Assembly: GCA_963712115.1 (NCBI GenBank)
Contig: CAVQGX010000043.1
Location: 1 to 64,000 of the forward strand
Origin: an uncultured delta proteobacterium
GTDB lineage: Bacteria > Desulfobacterota > Syntrophobacteria > BM002
Length of the DNA: 64,000 nt
Reading direction: 5' to 3'
Both the position numbers and the translations under genes were made by a program. The notes below the pieces were generated by a model. That model ran no database searches and was not told the origin of the DNA. It worked only from the letters and a program-made list of their open reading frames with translations. Shown piece after piece: positions 28,339 through 38,281 of the stretch. Position 1 is the stretch's first letter. Each line of letters begins with the position of its first letter.

Positions 28339-29340
28339 ATGGAAAAGAAAATCAGGGTAGTTCAGTACGGCTTGGGACCTATTGGCTGCAAGGTCTCTCA
28401 ATACTTAAATGAGAGGGGTCACTTCGAAATAGTTGGAGCCATTGATTCCGACCCAAAAAAAGTTGGCACTGATTTAGGCTATCTGGCAGAGTTGAACGCA
28501 CCATTGGGCTTGAATGTAACCGCTAATTCAAGAGATTTGCTTGAACAGGTAGATGCGGATGTTGTGGTACTTACGACCACTTCAGACCTCGAGAAAATTC
28601 GACCACAGATCTTGGAAATCATCTCCTGTGGAAAGAACGTTGTTTCCACATGCGAGGAGCTCATGTATCCGTGGGTTACCAACCCTGAGGTCGCCAGAGA
28701 GATTGATGGGGCCGCAAAAGAGCATAAAGTTTCAGTTTTGTCTACAGGGGTTAACCCGGGGTTTTTAATGGATTTTTTGCCACTGGTAATGACCTCCATC
28801 TGTCGAGATGTGAAAAGGGTAACTGTGGAGCGCATCCAGGATGCCCAGTTTAGAAGATTGCCTTTTCAGGAAAAAATAGGCGCTGGGCTTTCCGTACAAG
28901 AGTTCGAGAGTAGAGTGAGAGAAGGTAGCCTGAGACACGTAGGGCTTACAGAGTCGATGCACCTCATGGCAACGAGACTCGGATGGACCTTGGACAGGAC
29001 AGAAGACGTTGTCGATCCTGTTCTAGCAGACAAACCGGTGGTTACCGAAAATCGCACCATTGAGCCAGGCAAGGCACTTGGGGTAAACCAGATCGGCCGA
29101 GCTTACCTTGACAGCAAAGAGGTCATCACCCTGGTATTCAGGGCTTCGATCGGAGAACCAGACCCCCGGGACAGAATTGTTATTCAAGGAAATCCTGATA
29201 TCGATATGGCAATCAGCAAGGGGGTGAACGGAGATACTGCAACCTGTGCCATCATAGTTAACGCCATACCTGTTGTGATTCAGGCACAACCTGGACTCAG
29301 AACCATGGCGGATATTGCACCGATTTCTTTCTTCAATTAG
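28339..29340 (+). CDS. 2,4-diaminopentanoate dehydrogenase (Ord)/DapB-like NAD(P)-dependent amine dehydrogenase
   Basis: YGLGPIG Rossmann motif, STCEEL, TGVNPGFLMD, HVGLTES, GDTAT. Confidence 0.8.
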   Translation: MEKKIRVVQYGLGPIGCKVSQYLNERGHFEIVGAIDSDPKKVGTDLGYLAELNAPLGLNVTANSRDLLEQVDADVVVLTTTSDLEKIRPQILEIISCGKNVVSTCEELMYPWVTNPEVAREIDGAAKEHKVSVLSTGVNPGFLMDFLPLVMTSICRDVKRVTVERIQDAQFRRLPFQEKIGAGLSVQEFESRVREGSLRHVGLTESMHLMATRLGWTLDRTEDVVDPVLADKPVVTENRTIEPGKALGVNQIGRAYLDSKEVITLVFRASIGEPDPRDRIVIQGNPDIDMAISKGVNGDTATCAIIVNAIPVVIQAQPGLRTMADIAPISFFN

Positions 29341-29344
29341 TCAC

Positions 29345-29625
29345 AGTCGGATGTGAGATGGGGGAAGGCATAGGGCAGAGGACAGAAGTCGGAGATCGGA
29401 GGTCAGAAGTCAGCTATTTAAAGTTCAAGGTTCAAAGTTTAAAGTTCGAAATAATAATGAGAAACTATTACAGCTGACTGCTTACTGCTTACCGCTTACC
29501 AATGCCGTTTACCTTTTACCGCGTACGATTTGACCAGTTGACTATTTGACGAATTGAACGGTTTAAACGATTTACCGTTTAGTGCTTACCACTTACCTGT
29601 CACCGATATGAGATGTGAGATATGG
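29345..29625. repeat. mosaic of short periodic arrays
   Basis: GATGTGA, GGTCAGA, AAAGTTC, CTTACCG and longer-period blocks. Confidence 0.75.
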
Positions 29626-29686
29626 TAATAATAACCTTATGGGGAAGCTAGATAATGTGTAGTCGGATTTAGATGGGGAGGGAAAA

Positions 29687-30148
29687 ATGTTTTCCGCTCG
29701 CGAAATCATTGATATGGCTATAAAGATCGAAAGAAATGGAGAGAATTACTATCGCCAAGCAATTGCAAAGGTTACAGATGCGTCGCTTCAATCTCTTTTC
29801 CTTTTTCTGGCAGATGAGGAATACGAACATGCGAGAAAATTTGAGGCTTTTAAGCAGAGAATAAAGGATTCAGATGAAGATCGGAAGCTGGCTGAGATAA
29901 GCGGGACAATGTTACAGAGCGTGGTAGGTAACCAAAGATTTTCTCTTGATGATATGGATCTTGCCAAACTGGACTCAACAGAGAAGCTGATTGGAATTGC
30001 CATTGAATTCGAAAAAGATAGCATTCTCTTTTACGAGATGCTTCAGTCATTCGTCGAGGATCCTGAGACTTTGGGGCAACTGACTGAAATCATTGCAGAG
30101 GAAAATCGCCATATTGAAATGCTAAATGACTACAAGAGACATCACTGA
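29687..30148 (+). CDS. rubrerythrin/ferritin-like protein
   Basis: IERNG..YY, LADEEYEH, FEKDSILFY, EENRH. Confidence 0.88.
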   Translation: MFSAREIIDMAIKIERNGENYYRQAIAKVTDASLQSLFLFLADEEYEHARKFEAFKQRIKDSDEDRKLAEISGTMLQSVVGNQRFSLDDMDLAKLDSTEKLIGIAIEFEKDSILFYEMLQSFVEDPETLGQLTEIIAEENRHIEMLNDYKRHH

Positions 30149-30262
30149 TCCAGCAAGATTAGTGGTAGTCAACCTGAGAAAAAAAATTACATGATTGAAG
30201 GAGCCTCTACTGTCAGTTTGGTAGGGGCTTTTTTCTGTGAAAAGGTTTCTGTAATATTCTAC

Positions 30263-30339
30263 TTGACAACCGTTAACTCTAATGTTAGCATACGCTAACG
30301 ATTGTGTTAGCAAAAGAATATGCTAACGTTACTGTTAAC
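30263..30339 (+). promoter_or_regulatory. sigma70 promoter overlapped by GTTAGC/GCTAAC/GTTAAC operator-like array
   Basis: TTGACA(30263)-N17-TAGCAT; six related hexamers between 30272 and 30339. Confidence 0.65.
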
Positions 30340-30364
30340 ATTGCATAAAATAAGGTGTCTAGAC

Positions 30365-30907
30365 ATGGCTAGTAAGACTTTAGGATTCAGGCTTCCTGAA
30401 GAAACTTGGAAGAAGTTGGAGGCAGAGGCCCAAAGTAAAGGTATGTCCATGACAGATCTGGCACGCCAAAAAGTAATGCTTGCCACGGATTTTGAGGGCC
30501 CTGTCCAAGCATTAGTAGACCATTACAGTTCTGTGCTCAACATTTCCAGGCACGAAGTGGTTGAGGCTATCTTGACAGACTATGTAGCCATGCAACAGGC
30601 TCACTCAGATGTGTGGGGACCTGGAAAGATGATGCTAGAAGAGTTTGCTTTTACTGAGCAGGGAGTAATGCGGGGACAGCACCTATTCGAGTTAAGAAAA
30701 GCTGTCCATGCTCAGGAATTCAAGAGAGAGAAAGTAAAGATGTTGCTGAAAGAGGAAAAGATGATAGGGCGCGACAGAATGAGCAAAGAGGATAGGGAAT
30801 GGCTAAACGCTAACCTCCACCTTGTTCATGTTCCTCAGGACAAAACGTCGCCTAAAAAATCTGTTTCCCAATGGATGTCCAAGCTGAAAAGGCAGGGTAC
30901 GGAGTAA
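30365..30907 (+). CDS. ribbon-helix-helix (CopG-like) domain protein
   Basis: MASKTLGFRLPEETWKKLEAEAQSKGMSMTDLAR fits the RHH pattern; ATG 30365 with AAGGTG RBS. Confidence 0.7.
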   Translation: MASKTLGFRLPEETWKKLEAEAQSKGMSMTDLARQKVMLATDFEGPVQALVDHYSSVLNISRHEVVEAILTDYVAMQQAHSDVWGPGKMMLEEFAFTEQGVMRGQHLFELRKAVHAQEFKREKVKMLLKEEKMIGRDRMSKEDREWLNANLHLVHVPQDKTSPKKSVSQWMSKLKRQGTE

Positions 30908-31120
30908 GGCATAGGGCATAGGGCATAGGAAAATACACCTGGCAGCTGGCCAGAGGGTATGACGCAGAGGTCAGAGGACGGAGGTCGGAAGTCAGACGAC
31001 AGCGGGCAGCGACGAGATTAGTCAATTAGGCAATTAGGCAATTAGAGAATTTGTTATACAGCCGAGTCTCAAACCGTTTACCGTTCACCGTTTACCGCTT
31101 ACGGCTTACCGCTTACCCGG
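30905..31120. repeat. mosaic of periodic arrays
   Basis: GGGCATA, GGTCAGA, GCAATTAG, TTACCGC blocks. Confidence 0.75.
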
Positions 31121-31122
31121 CA

Positions 31123-32319
31123 CTAGTCAAAATAATCCCGTACAATGGTTCGTGCGAGATCCATGGAGCTCGTAAAGGCAGGGGACACAGGGTTAAGTAT
31201 ATGGATACTCTCTCCTTCTTTCTTCACGAGAAAATCCAATACCAGTTCTTTCTTGTCCCAATCAACCAGTTGTGCCCGGATGCCAACTTTATCTGCTGGT
31301 TCTATGTCTCTTGGATCCAACTTTTTTACGAGTTTTGACGCACTTTTAAAGAAATATGGGGTCAGATATTTCTTGGGTTCCGTGAGGGCTACATCTCTGA
31401 ACTTGGGGTTGGCACAGAAGAGAACTGCATCTCGAAAAAGTATTGATAACGCTTCTGCATCGATTCCCTCCAAGATGCCGTAGTTTTCCCTTCCTAGGGC
31501 CGGGATAGCGGTTGGGCCCAAATATACTTCTCCATGGACACTTCGGGTGAAGTGGATCCCAAGAAAGGGGTTACGGATGTCGGGAACCGGGTAGATGTTT
31601 CCGCGGACCAAGTGGGTTTTGTCCTTTATTAGTTTCTTATAAATGCCCTTGAATGGAACCATCCTGAGGTTCAAACCCAAATGGAAAGCTCTTGCCACTC
31701 GGTCGCAGTAAGCACCAGCAGCGTTGATGAAGCGCTTGAATTCAATCTCACCGCAACTAGCAATGGCAGTTGAACTCCCTTTAATCCCCAAAAAGCCGCA
31801 AGTGAGAAGAAACTTTACCTTACCCGAGGCCGCAAGATCTTTTTCCAGACTAAGTACGACCTTTTTGGGGTCGACAACAGCTGTGTGGTGTGAATAGATG
31901 GCTTTCTGCACTGTTCTGGCGTTGGGTTCGATCTCGTTGAGTTCCTGTTCGTTCACCATATCAACCTTGGCGCCGTTGGCAAGTGCTCGTTGGTAAAGCT
32001 CTTTCAAGGTCGGGATTTCTTTCTCACTTCTTGTGACGATTACCTTTCCGCTCTCCAGTATTGGCAGTCCTTTCTCCTTGCAGTATGTACGCATGAGGAA
32101 ATTGCCATTTAGGCATGATCTGGCTTTTAAGCTATCTGGGGCATAGTAAATACCTGCGTGCAATACTCCGCTATTACGCCCGGATGCGTGTTTACCTAAA
32201 TCCTTCTCTTTGTCTATAATAACAATGTCTTTGTATCCCTTTTGGATCAGCTCTCTGGCGATTGTAAGGCCAATTATACCCCCACCGACTATAAGGATGT
32301 CAGCCGTGGTCTTGGACAT
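31123..32319 (-). CDS. lhgO: L-2-hydroxyglutarate oxidase family FAD oxidoreductase
   Basis: GGGIIG, HASGRNSGVLHAGIYY, IYPVPD..PFLGIHFT, GIRAQ, SPAFTS. Confidence 0.9.
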   Translation of the reverse strand: MSKTTADILIVGGGIIGLTIARELIQKGYKDIVIIDKEKDLGKHASGRNSGVLHAGIYYAPDSLKARSCLNGNFLMRTYCKEKGLPILESGKVIVTRSEKEIPTLKELYQRALANGAKVDMVNEQELNEIEPNARTVQKAIYSHHTAVVDPKKVVLSLEKDLAASGKVKFLLTCGFLGIKGSSTAIASCGEIEFKRFINAAGAYCDRVARAFHLGLNLRMVPFKGIYKKLIKDKTHLVRGNIYPVPDIRNPFLGIHFTRSVHGEVYLGPTAIPALGRENYGILEGIDAEALSILFRDAVLFCANPKFRDVALTEPKKYLTPYFFKSASKLVKKLDPRDIEPADKVGIRAQLVDWDKKELVLDFLVKKEGESIHILNPVSPAFTSSMDLARTIVRDYFD

Positions 32320-32658
32320 GGTTGCTCCCCTTAGTTGGTTAGAATCAGAAGTAAGCTCTTAAAAACCACAACTTAGGCGGTAAGGCGAAGGGCACAAGGC
32401 ATAGGGCATGGAGCATAGAGTCTAAACATTTCGAAATTGTTCTTCGGACTTCCACCCTTCGGGCGGGTTCCCGATTTCGAATTTCGAAGTTAGAAATTAC
32501 TATACCTGGCTACTGAATCCTGACCCCTGACGTCTGACCCCTGACCCCCTAGTATACCCATGCCGTCAAAAACGGGAAGGATCTTTTTACTGGGTTGAGC
32601 CAAATCAATCAATTTGCTTGATTTACGGCAGTTCACGGGAAGAGGTAATTAGTTTTTG

Positions 32659-33357
32659 TTAGTTTTGAGATGAAGGTGTGCGGGCTAAACGGGAAAGGCG
32701 CCATAGTTCCGCCTCATTTTTTTGAATTTCTTGCTCTTCTTCCTGATTTAATCGGTCAGCCTTGCGCATAGCAGCTTTTTGGACAAGGAGAAGCTTCTGT
32801 CCTATGCGGTCAAGCGCTTCGTTGAGACTGACACGGCGCTCGTCGTCGTTGATGGCAGTCTCGAAACGGTGCAGGGCGGCAACTGTAAGGCGATTTATCT
32901 CTTTCCAATCAAGAGGTTCTCCCCTTTCTTCGAGTTGCACAGTGTAGAGGCCTGCATGACAGCTTGAGAGGACGCCCCGACGCAACTCCAGCCAGATTTG
33001 AGAATTTATTGCCTTAAGTCGGCGGTGAATTTCTTCTAGGCTGTAGGACTCAGGAAAGGATGGTTTGACTGGTTTGCGGCCCAAAATTTTTGAGAACCAA
33101 GACCGCCTTGAAGAGGACAAGGGTGGATTTTCTGACTGGGCCAGTATTGCAACTGGTAGTCCATCATTTTTGTTTTCTATTTGGGCGCTGAGCAACGAAG
33201 CGTAGCCTTCCGCCAGGTGATAACCCCAGAGGGACCCCAGTGTCAGTCCTAACATCGCTCCGAGGCTGCTGTAAAGCCACCATCCGACGGCAGTGCCCCA
33301 GAAGGAGCCGAGGAGAATGAATAGTAGACCACAAAGGTTTGCCAACACCTGGTTCAT
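32659..33357 (-). CDS. hypothetical membrane protein
   Basis: Two N-terminal TMs; start placed at ATG 33357, downstream of the sigma54 site. Confidence 0.6.
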   Translation of the reverse strand: MNQVLANLCGLLFILLGSFWGTAVGWWLYSSLGAMLGLTLGSLWGYHLAEGYASLLSAQIENKNDGLPVAILAQSENPPLSSSRRSWFSKILGRKPVKPSFPESYSLEEIHRRLKAINSQIWLELRRGVLSSCHAGLYTVQLEERGEPLDWKEINRLTVAALHRFETAINDDERRVSLNEALDRIGQKLLLVQKAAMRKADRLNQEEEQEIQKNEAELWRLSRLARTPSSQN

Positions 33358-33406
33358 AATAGGAGACTCTTTTCGTAGGGTAAAACCATCTAACATATTG
33401 GATTTA

Positions 33407-33422
33407 AGCAACATACGTGCCA
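33407..33422 (-). promoter_or_regulatory. sigma54 (-24/-12) promoter
   Basis: TGGCACG-TATG-TTGCT, an exact consensus match. Confidence 0.75.
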
Positions 33423-33539
33423 TAGTTCATGTGCATTCTATCGATTGTTAAACTACATCCACAGTGCAAGTTCGGATATTGCGGCAGCCAATCTAAAACC
33501 TAACATCTCAAATCTGAAATGGAACTTGCGTTCTTTTCT

Positions 33540-33725
33540 CAGCCTTGATAATCTTAAGTCGCATCAAAGGGCTACTAAGACCGCAGATATGGCCGTTCTT
33601 CCGGGCGTCACAACGACTTTTCAAGTACGGTGTGGGTGCCCGGCACGCGGCGCAAGCGTCTGCGCTGCGCGTGCCAAGCCCATCTTCACGGTCTCTCAAC
33701 ACTTTTTCATAAACTATGTGAGTTA
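33540..33725. mobile_element. decayed MITE copy
   Basis: gatatggccgttcttccgggcgtc and aagcccatcttcacggtctc...ttcataaactatgtgagtta match the MITE arms; TIRs eroded. Confidence 0.6.
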
Positions 33726-33751
33726 AATGCTAATTGCTGGGGGGATGACGC

Positions 33752-33931
33752 ATGGCCACATTGAACCTCAAGAACTTTCCTGAAGATTTACACGAGCAGG
33801 CCAAATCACGCGCTGCCCTGGAGGGGATTACCCTAAGAGAACTTGTTGTGCAGGCAGTGACCGGGTACCTTTCTGGCCCTATTACCCTTGATGTCCAGGA
33901 AGTAATCGTAAAGAAGAAAGATTCTGAGTAA
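33752..33931 (+). CDS. small ribbon-helix-helix protein (Arc/FitA-like), 59 aa (not in the ORF track)
   Basis: MATLNLKNFPEDLHEQAKSRAALEGITLRELVVQAV; GGGGGA RBS. Confidence 0.8.
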   Translation: MATLNLKNFPEDLHEQAKSRAALEGITLRELVVQAVTGYLSGPITLDVQEVIVKKKDSE

Positions 33932-33947
33932 GAATAAATGGTGAAAA

Positions 33948-34271
33948 ATGGAAGAATCTCGTCGTTCTAGACGCAAGAACATGGCTGGAGATGTGAAGAT
34001 TTTTACCAATGGCGGTACTTATTTGGGAGGCCTTAGAGACATTTCCGAAGGCGGCATCTCAGTGGCGACTTCAACCCCTTATGAAGTTGGCTATGAGATG
34101 TTTGTCTCAATCGAATTGCCGGAGACACTGGAGACAGTTACCGCCTTGGCCGAAGTGGTGTGGGTCCATCCTTTGGAGGCTACCTTTCATCCAACAGGTA
34201 TGGGTCTTAAGTTCCTTGCTCTAAAAGACGAGGATTATTATAAGTTAGAGAAGATTCTTGAACTAGCCTGA
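33948..34271 (+). CDS. PilZ domain protein
   Basis: RxxxR (RRSRR), DISEGG, AEVVW, GMGLKF. Confidence 0.88.
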   Translation: MEESRRSRRKNMAGDVKIFTNGGTYLGGLRDISEGGISVATSTPYEVGYEMFVSIELPETLETVTALAEVVWVHPLEATFHPTGMGLKFLALKDEDYYKLEKILELA

Positions 34272-34495
34272 TGTTAGAGGCATAGCCTCTGGTAACCGGT
34301 AGGTTTTTGAAACCGTTTAAACCGTTCAATTCGTTCAAGCCGTTCAAATCGTAAAACATTTTTAAATCCGCAATCCGAAATTCTGACCTCCGACCCCTGA
34401 CCTCTGAGTTCTACCTGCTTTCAGCTTTATTTCCCTATGCCCCATGCTCCATGCCCCATGCCAATTCCGGAACAATCTTGGACTGTGAAGGAATA

Positions 34496-37228
34496 TCAGG
34501 TAGGTATTACAACTGGCTCCCGCAACAAACGTTCAATAGCCTCAGTGGCACTGGCTGCAAGACGTGGGTGAGTTTGGGTGAGGCCTTCTAATTGTCGAAG
34601 GCTGTCAGCGGTACGATAAATCAGCATAGCCAGATCGCCTTCGTCTAGACCAGAAATGGCCAGCAACTCGTCCCAGGTGGCTCCTCCAATCCAAAAGTAA
34701 ATAGCGGCTGCGGGCCAGAAGGATAAAGGCTGAACCACAAAACCTTGAGAACGCAGGCGGCGGCGCAAAGGATGCAGCGCCGAGACCATTTTAGCGAAGG
34801 CCTGGCCCAGATTTGGATACTTCAGGTTGAGTTGTTCCGCAGGATCGTCGTGACTATCCCGATCGCTGACGAAGGGGGCTATGAGGCTGGCTAACATGGC
34901 TGGGTCGTCATGGGGAAAAACATCATGCCGGATAGACTCAGCTACCAGTAATGGCTGGTCGAGCCGCAGCTGTGAGGCCCAGACGCCATCGGCACTCAAA
35001 CGACCTGCCTCGTCCACATAACCTTCTTCTCGCAGAAAGTGGAAGTGACGGTTGAATTCGAACCAAATTTGATTGGTCACTTGATCAACGCGCTGTCGCA
35101 AGTCTAGGATTTTGTTCATTTTTTTTGTGAAATTACCCCGTCTCTCTGGCTCACATCTGTTTAGATGAGCGCATTGGGGGCAGGGGAGGGCTGCAATGGC
35201 AGCCTGGAGGTCATCGCGCCTGGTCTTCAGGGTTTGCCAACCATCTTGCTGGGGGGAGGGGAGAGGTTCTTTGATTTCCAGCTTCGGATGAGTGTCAAGG
35301 GGCTTGGTGAGAACTGATTGGAGCCAAAGCTCTGGTTTATCCAGACCAGTTAGATCAAAACAAACGTCTAGTAAGGAAACAACCTTGTCAAAACGCAGCC
35401 ATCTTTTCCGCACACGACCGCGGCGCAAGCCTGGTCCTACCCGAAGGGCAGTAATCCCCTCTGCTCCTCCTCGGCTCTCCTTCCCTAAGGTAACGAAGAA
35501 GTCTCGCTTCTTGTTTTGAAAGAGCCTTCCAGGAGTTATATAGGCCTGTTTACTGAGAAGATCCCAACTCCGGCGGAGCTCCAGGTGCGATTGTTTAAGC
35601 TGGTACTCCAACTCGCGTTTTTTGGACAGAGTTCGCAAAACCGTATCCAGATCGCCACATCGAGCTTCCCCCAGTTCAGCGCTTAGGTCTTTTTCCAGCA
35701 GTCTCAAATCCTCAACAAGTTCTCTCCGTTCTTCCAAATTCTGGTAAGTGGCAAAGGAACGAGCAAGTAACGTCCTTATTCCTTCGGGTCGATGGGAAAG
35801 CAGTAAATTCAAAACCATAGAGAAGGTGATATGAATTTGGCTATTTACTGGGTCAGGTGTTGAGTGCAGGAGATCTATGATGAGGTGAGGATCCTGATAA
35901 GGTCCAGGTAACACAACAACGAAGCCCACCTTGTCCATACCTCGCCGTCCCGCCCTGCCGGTCATTTGGAGGAGATCAGTTGCACTGAGGGGAACGAATG
36001 CACGTCCGTTGAAACGATCGCTTTGGGAAAGAACCACGGTGCGTGCTGGAAAATTGACACCTGCTGCCACAGTTGAGGTAGAAAAAATCGCCTCTAGCTG
36101 TCCTTCTTTCATCATAATTTCCACGAGGCCCTTCCATTGGGGTAGTTGCCCTCCATGGTGGGCTGCCACCCGGCCGTTTCGAAGCGAAGAAAGTTGCCGG
36201 TGGCCTTTTAGGTACCCGTGGGTTTGCAGCAGTTGCCGCAGTCGTTTGTGAAAGCGACGATCTTTCTCTTCGCTCTCATTGGGGAGAAGACGGGGCAATG
36301 CCGCGAGCAAAGCCTGGTTACAGTCTGATCTCGACTTCAGGAAAAAAATAGCAGGCAACATGTTGAGGTGACGAAGCCCATTAATTATCTGGGAGAAGTT
36401 CGCAACCCCCTGCCGTGGAGTAAGTCCGGCCCTCGGGCTATTGCGGAGAAAGTGGCGCACCTTGCCCGTCATTTGTCTTCGCTGAATAAGAGGTGTGACC
36501 TCGCCGGTGGGAAACATGAAGAGTGGGTGGATGGGCACAGGTCGTTCATGAGCTGCCACAACTCTGCATGGAGCCTGACGCAACCATTCCAGCCATCCGG
36601 CAATCTCTGCTCCGTTAGAGATGGTTGCTGAGAGGAGCAACACCCTCACCCGAGCCGGAAGATAAATTATAACCTCCTCCCAGACTACCCCCCGATCCTC
36701 ATCTCCCAGGTAATGAGCTTCATCAAGTACTACAAGATCAACCTCTAGGTCCTCTCCCCGGTGCATGGCGTCGTAAAGCTGATTGCGAAGAATTTCGGTA
36801 GTGCCAACAATTACAGGCGCTTGAGTATTCTCTTTGCGATCGCCGGTGAGAATGCCAACGTTTTCTTTGCCAAATTTATGACAGAATTCCGTATACTTGG
36901 AATTAGAGAGTGCCTTCAAAGGAGAGGCATACCAGATGCGTTCTCTCTGGGCCAGCAACTTTTCCATAGCCTGAAGAGCAATCCAGGTCTTGCCAGAGCC
37001 TGTAGGGGCGGTAACCAACACGTCACTATGCTGCAATTCCTCGACAGCTCTTAGCTGAAAGGGGTCTGGGACAAGGGGCGTAGCTTTGGGCACGCCGATC
37101 TCCGCAAGGAGCGGTTTCAGTTGGCGCGAAGCCCTTGGTTTAAACCCAGGAGAATCCTTTTGCGCTCCAGGTTGACCTTTTCTGCGCTTCCGTTGGTATT
37201 TTTTTGTGGGATATCTTCTTCTATTCAT
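34496..37228 (-). CDS. helY: Ski2/HelY-like DEAH-box RNA helicase
   Basis: APTGSGKT, PLKALSN, LDEAHY..D.DRGVVWEE, LSAT, QMTGRAGRRGMD, DEGD in the C-terminal region. Confidence 0.88.
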   Translation of the reverse strand: MNRRRYPTKKYQRKRRKGQPGAQKDSPGFKPRASRQLKPLLAEIGVPKATPLVPDPFQLRAVEELQHSDVLVTAPTGSGKTWIALQAMEKLLAQRERIWYASPLKALSNSKYTEFCHKFGKENVGILTGDRKENTQAPVIVGTTEILRNQLYDAMHRGEDLEVDLVVLDEAHYLGDEDRGVVWEEVIIYLPARVRVLLLSATISNGAEIAGWLEWLRQAPCRVVAAHERPVPIHPLFMFPTGEVTPLIQRRQMTGKVRHFLRNSPRAGLTPRQGVANFSQIINGLRHLNMLPAIFFLKSRSDCNQALLAALPRLLPNESEEKDRRFHKRLRQLLQTHGYLKGHRQLSSLRNGRVAAHHGGQLPQWKGLVEIMMKEGQLEAIFSTSTVAAGVNFPARTVVLSQSDRFNGRAFVPLSATDLLQMTGRAGRRGMDKVGFVVVLPGPYQDPHLIIDLLHSTPDPVNSQIHITFSMVLNLLLSHRPEGIRTLLARSFATYQNLEERRELVEDLRLLEKDLSAELGEARCGDLDTVLRTLSKKRELEYQLKQSHLELRRSWDLLSKQAYITPGRLFQNKKRDFFVTLGKESRGGAEGITALRVGPGLRRGRVRKRWLRFDKVVSLLDVCFDLTGLDKPELWLQSVLTKPLDTHPKLEIKEPLPSPQQDGWQTLKTRRDDLQAAIAALPCPQCAHLNRCEPERRGNFTKKMNKILDLRQRVDQVTNQIWFEFNRHFHFLREEGYVDEAGRLSADGVWASQLRLDQPLLVAESIRHDVFPHDDPAMLASLIAPFVSDRDSHDDPAEQLNLKYPNLGQAFAKMVSALHPLRRRLRSQGFVVQPLSFWPAAAIYFWIGGATWDELLAISGLDEGDLAMLIYRTADSLRQLEGLTQTHPRLAASATEAIERLLREPVVIPT

Positions 37229-37380
37229 ATATAATTTAACATATTGATATATATATAAATTAGATTTCTAAATTAATATTTAACATTAACTTATATCACC
37301 GATTGGTTTTTCATTCAAATCTAGGAAATTTGGTCCTCCGGCCTCCGGTTCGACTCCATTCCGTAGGGAACTATGCCCGG

Positions 37381-37542
37381 TTAGAGTGCTAGAGCATTAC
37401 AAAATATCAAATTCCAAGCACCAAATTCCAATATTCAAACACAGAGACAGGTTTGGAATTTTGAATTTTGGTCATTGTGATTTGTTTGAAATTTGTGATT
37501 TGCGATTTGGAATTTTAATTACTCTAGCACTCCATTACTCCA
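37381..37542. repeat. nested inverted periodic arrays (AAATTCC / GGAATTT inside GAGTGCTA / TAGCACTC)
   Basis: aaatatcaaattccaagcaccaaattcc ... ggaattttgaattttggtcattgtgatttg...tttggaatttt. Confidence 0.7.
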
Positions 37543-37687
37543 GCAGACTTTCGGATGAAGGAAAGACCAGCTCTGGTGGACCTCAAAGCCAGGTCCTTTG
37601 CGCCTGGAGTCTTTAGTCTTGCTCTGTTCCCCTTCTCTGGTATAAATGTGAAGATGGTTTTCCTCTTATTGTGGGGAGTCGGTTTCT

Positions 37688-38281
37688 ATGTCTGAAGGTA
37701 GAGAGGTCCAGGAGTACCTCCGACTTGAAGGTCCGCTAGGTCTTATGGCCATTCACGGTGGAGGTATTGAGCCTGGCACCGAGGAAATAGCAAGATTTGT
37801 AGCCTATCACAGCGGAGCCAGCCTTTACATTTACGCAGGCCGGCTGTCCGGGGGAAATCTTTCCTTGCACCGACCCAGCCATGATGGGAGAATCGAGAAA
37901 AGGGCTTTGGTTGTGCAATTCCTCAAGCATGTGAAAACTGCCATATCAATACACGGCCACGGTCGCGGACAAAACCGCGCTTATGTAGGAGGCCTGCATC
38001 AAAGCATGGTGCAGAGTTTTGTAGAGCTTGCGCGGCCAGCCCTTTCGCAATATGAGTGGATATCGGACCCGGAGATCATACCGCCGGGGTTAAGCGGCCA
38101 AAGCCCGAGTAACCTGGTTAACCTCCCACCTGCTAAAGGAATGCAGCTCGAATTGCCCTTAAAATTAAGACAGACTAAGGGGACTCCAGACGGCAGAGGT
38201 TTCGAGCCGGCTGGAGATGCTCTGCTATTGAGCCGATTATTGATCAGTTTTGTTACCACCTTGATCAATGAAAGTAGTTAA
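37688..38281 (+). CDS. poly-gamma-glutamate hydrolase family protein (DUF867/YjqB)
   Basis: AIHGGGIEPGTEEIA, SIHG, YVGG, QLEL. Confidence 0.82.
   Translation: MSEGREVQEYLRLEGPLGLMAIHGGGIEPGTEEIARFVAYHSGASLYIYAGRLSGGNLSLHRPSHDGRIEKRALVVQFLKHVKTAISIHGHGRGQNRAYVGGLHQSMVQSFVELARPALSQYEWISDPEIIPPGLSGQSPSNLVNLPPAKGMQLELPLKLRQTKGTPDGRGFEPAGDALLLSRLLISFVTTLINESS

Noticed and set aside
37229-37320. Very AT-rich tract as a replication origin or foreign DNA
   Set aside because: It is under 100 bp, has no DnaA-box cluster or iterons, and fits a promoter region for the helicase.
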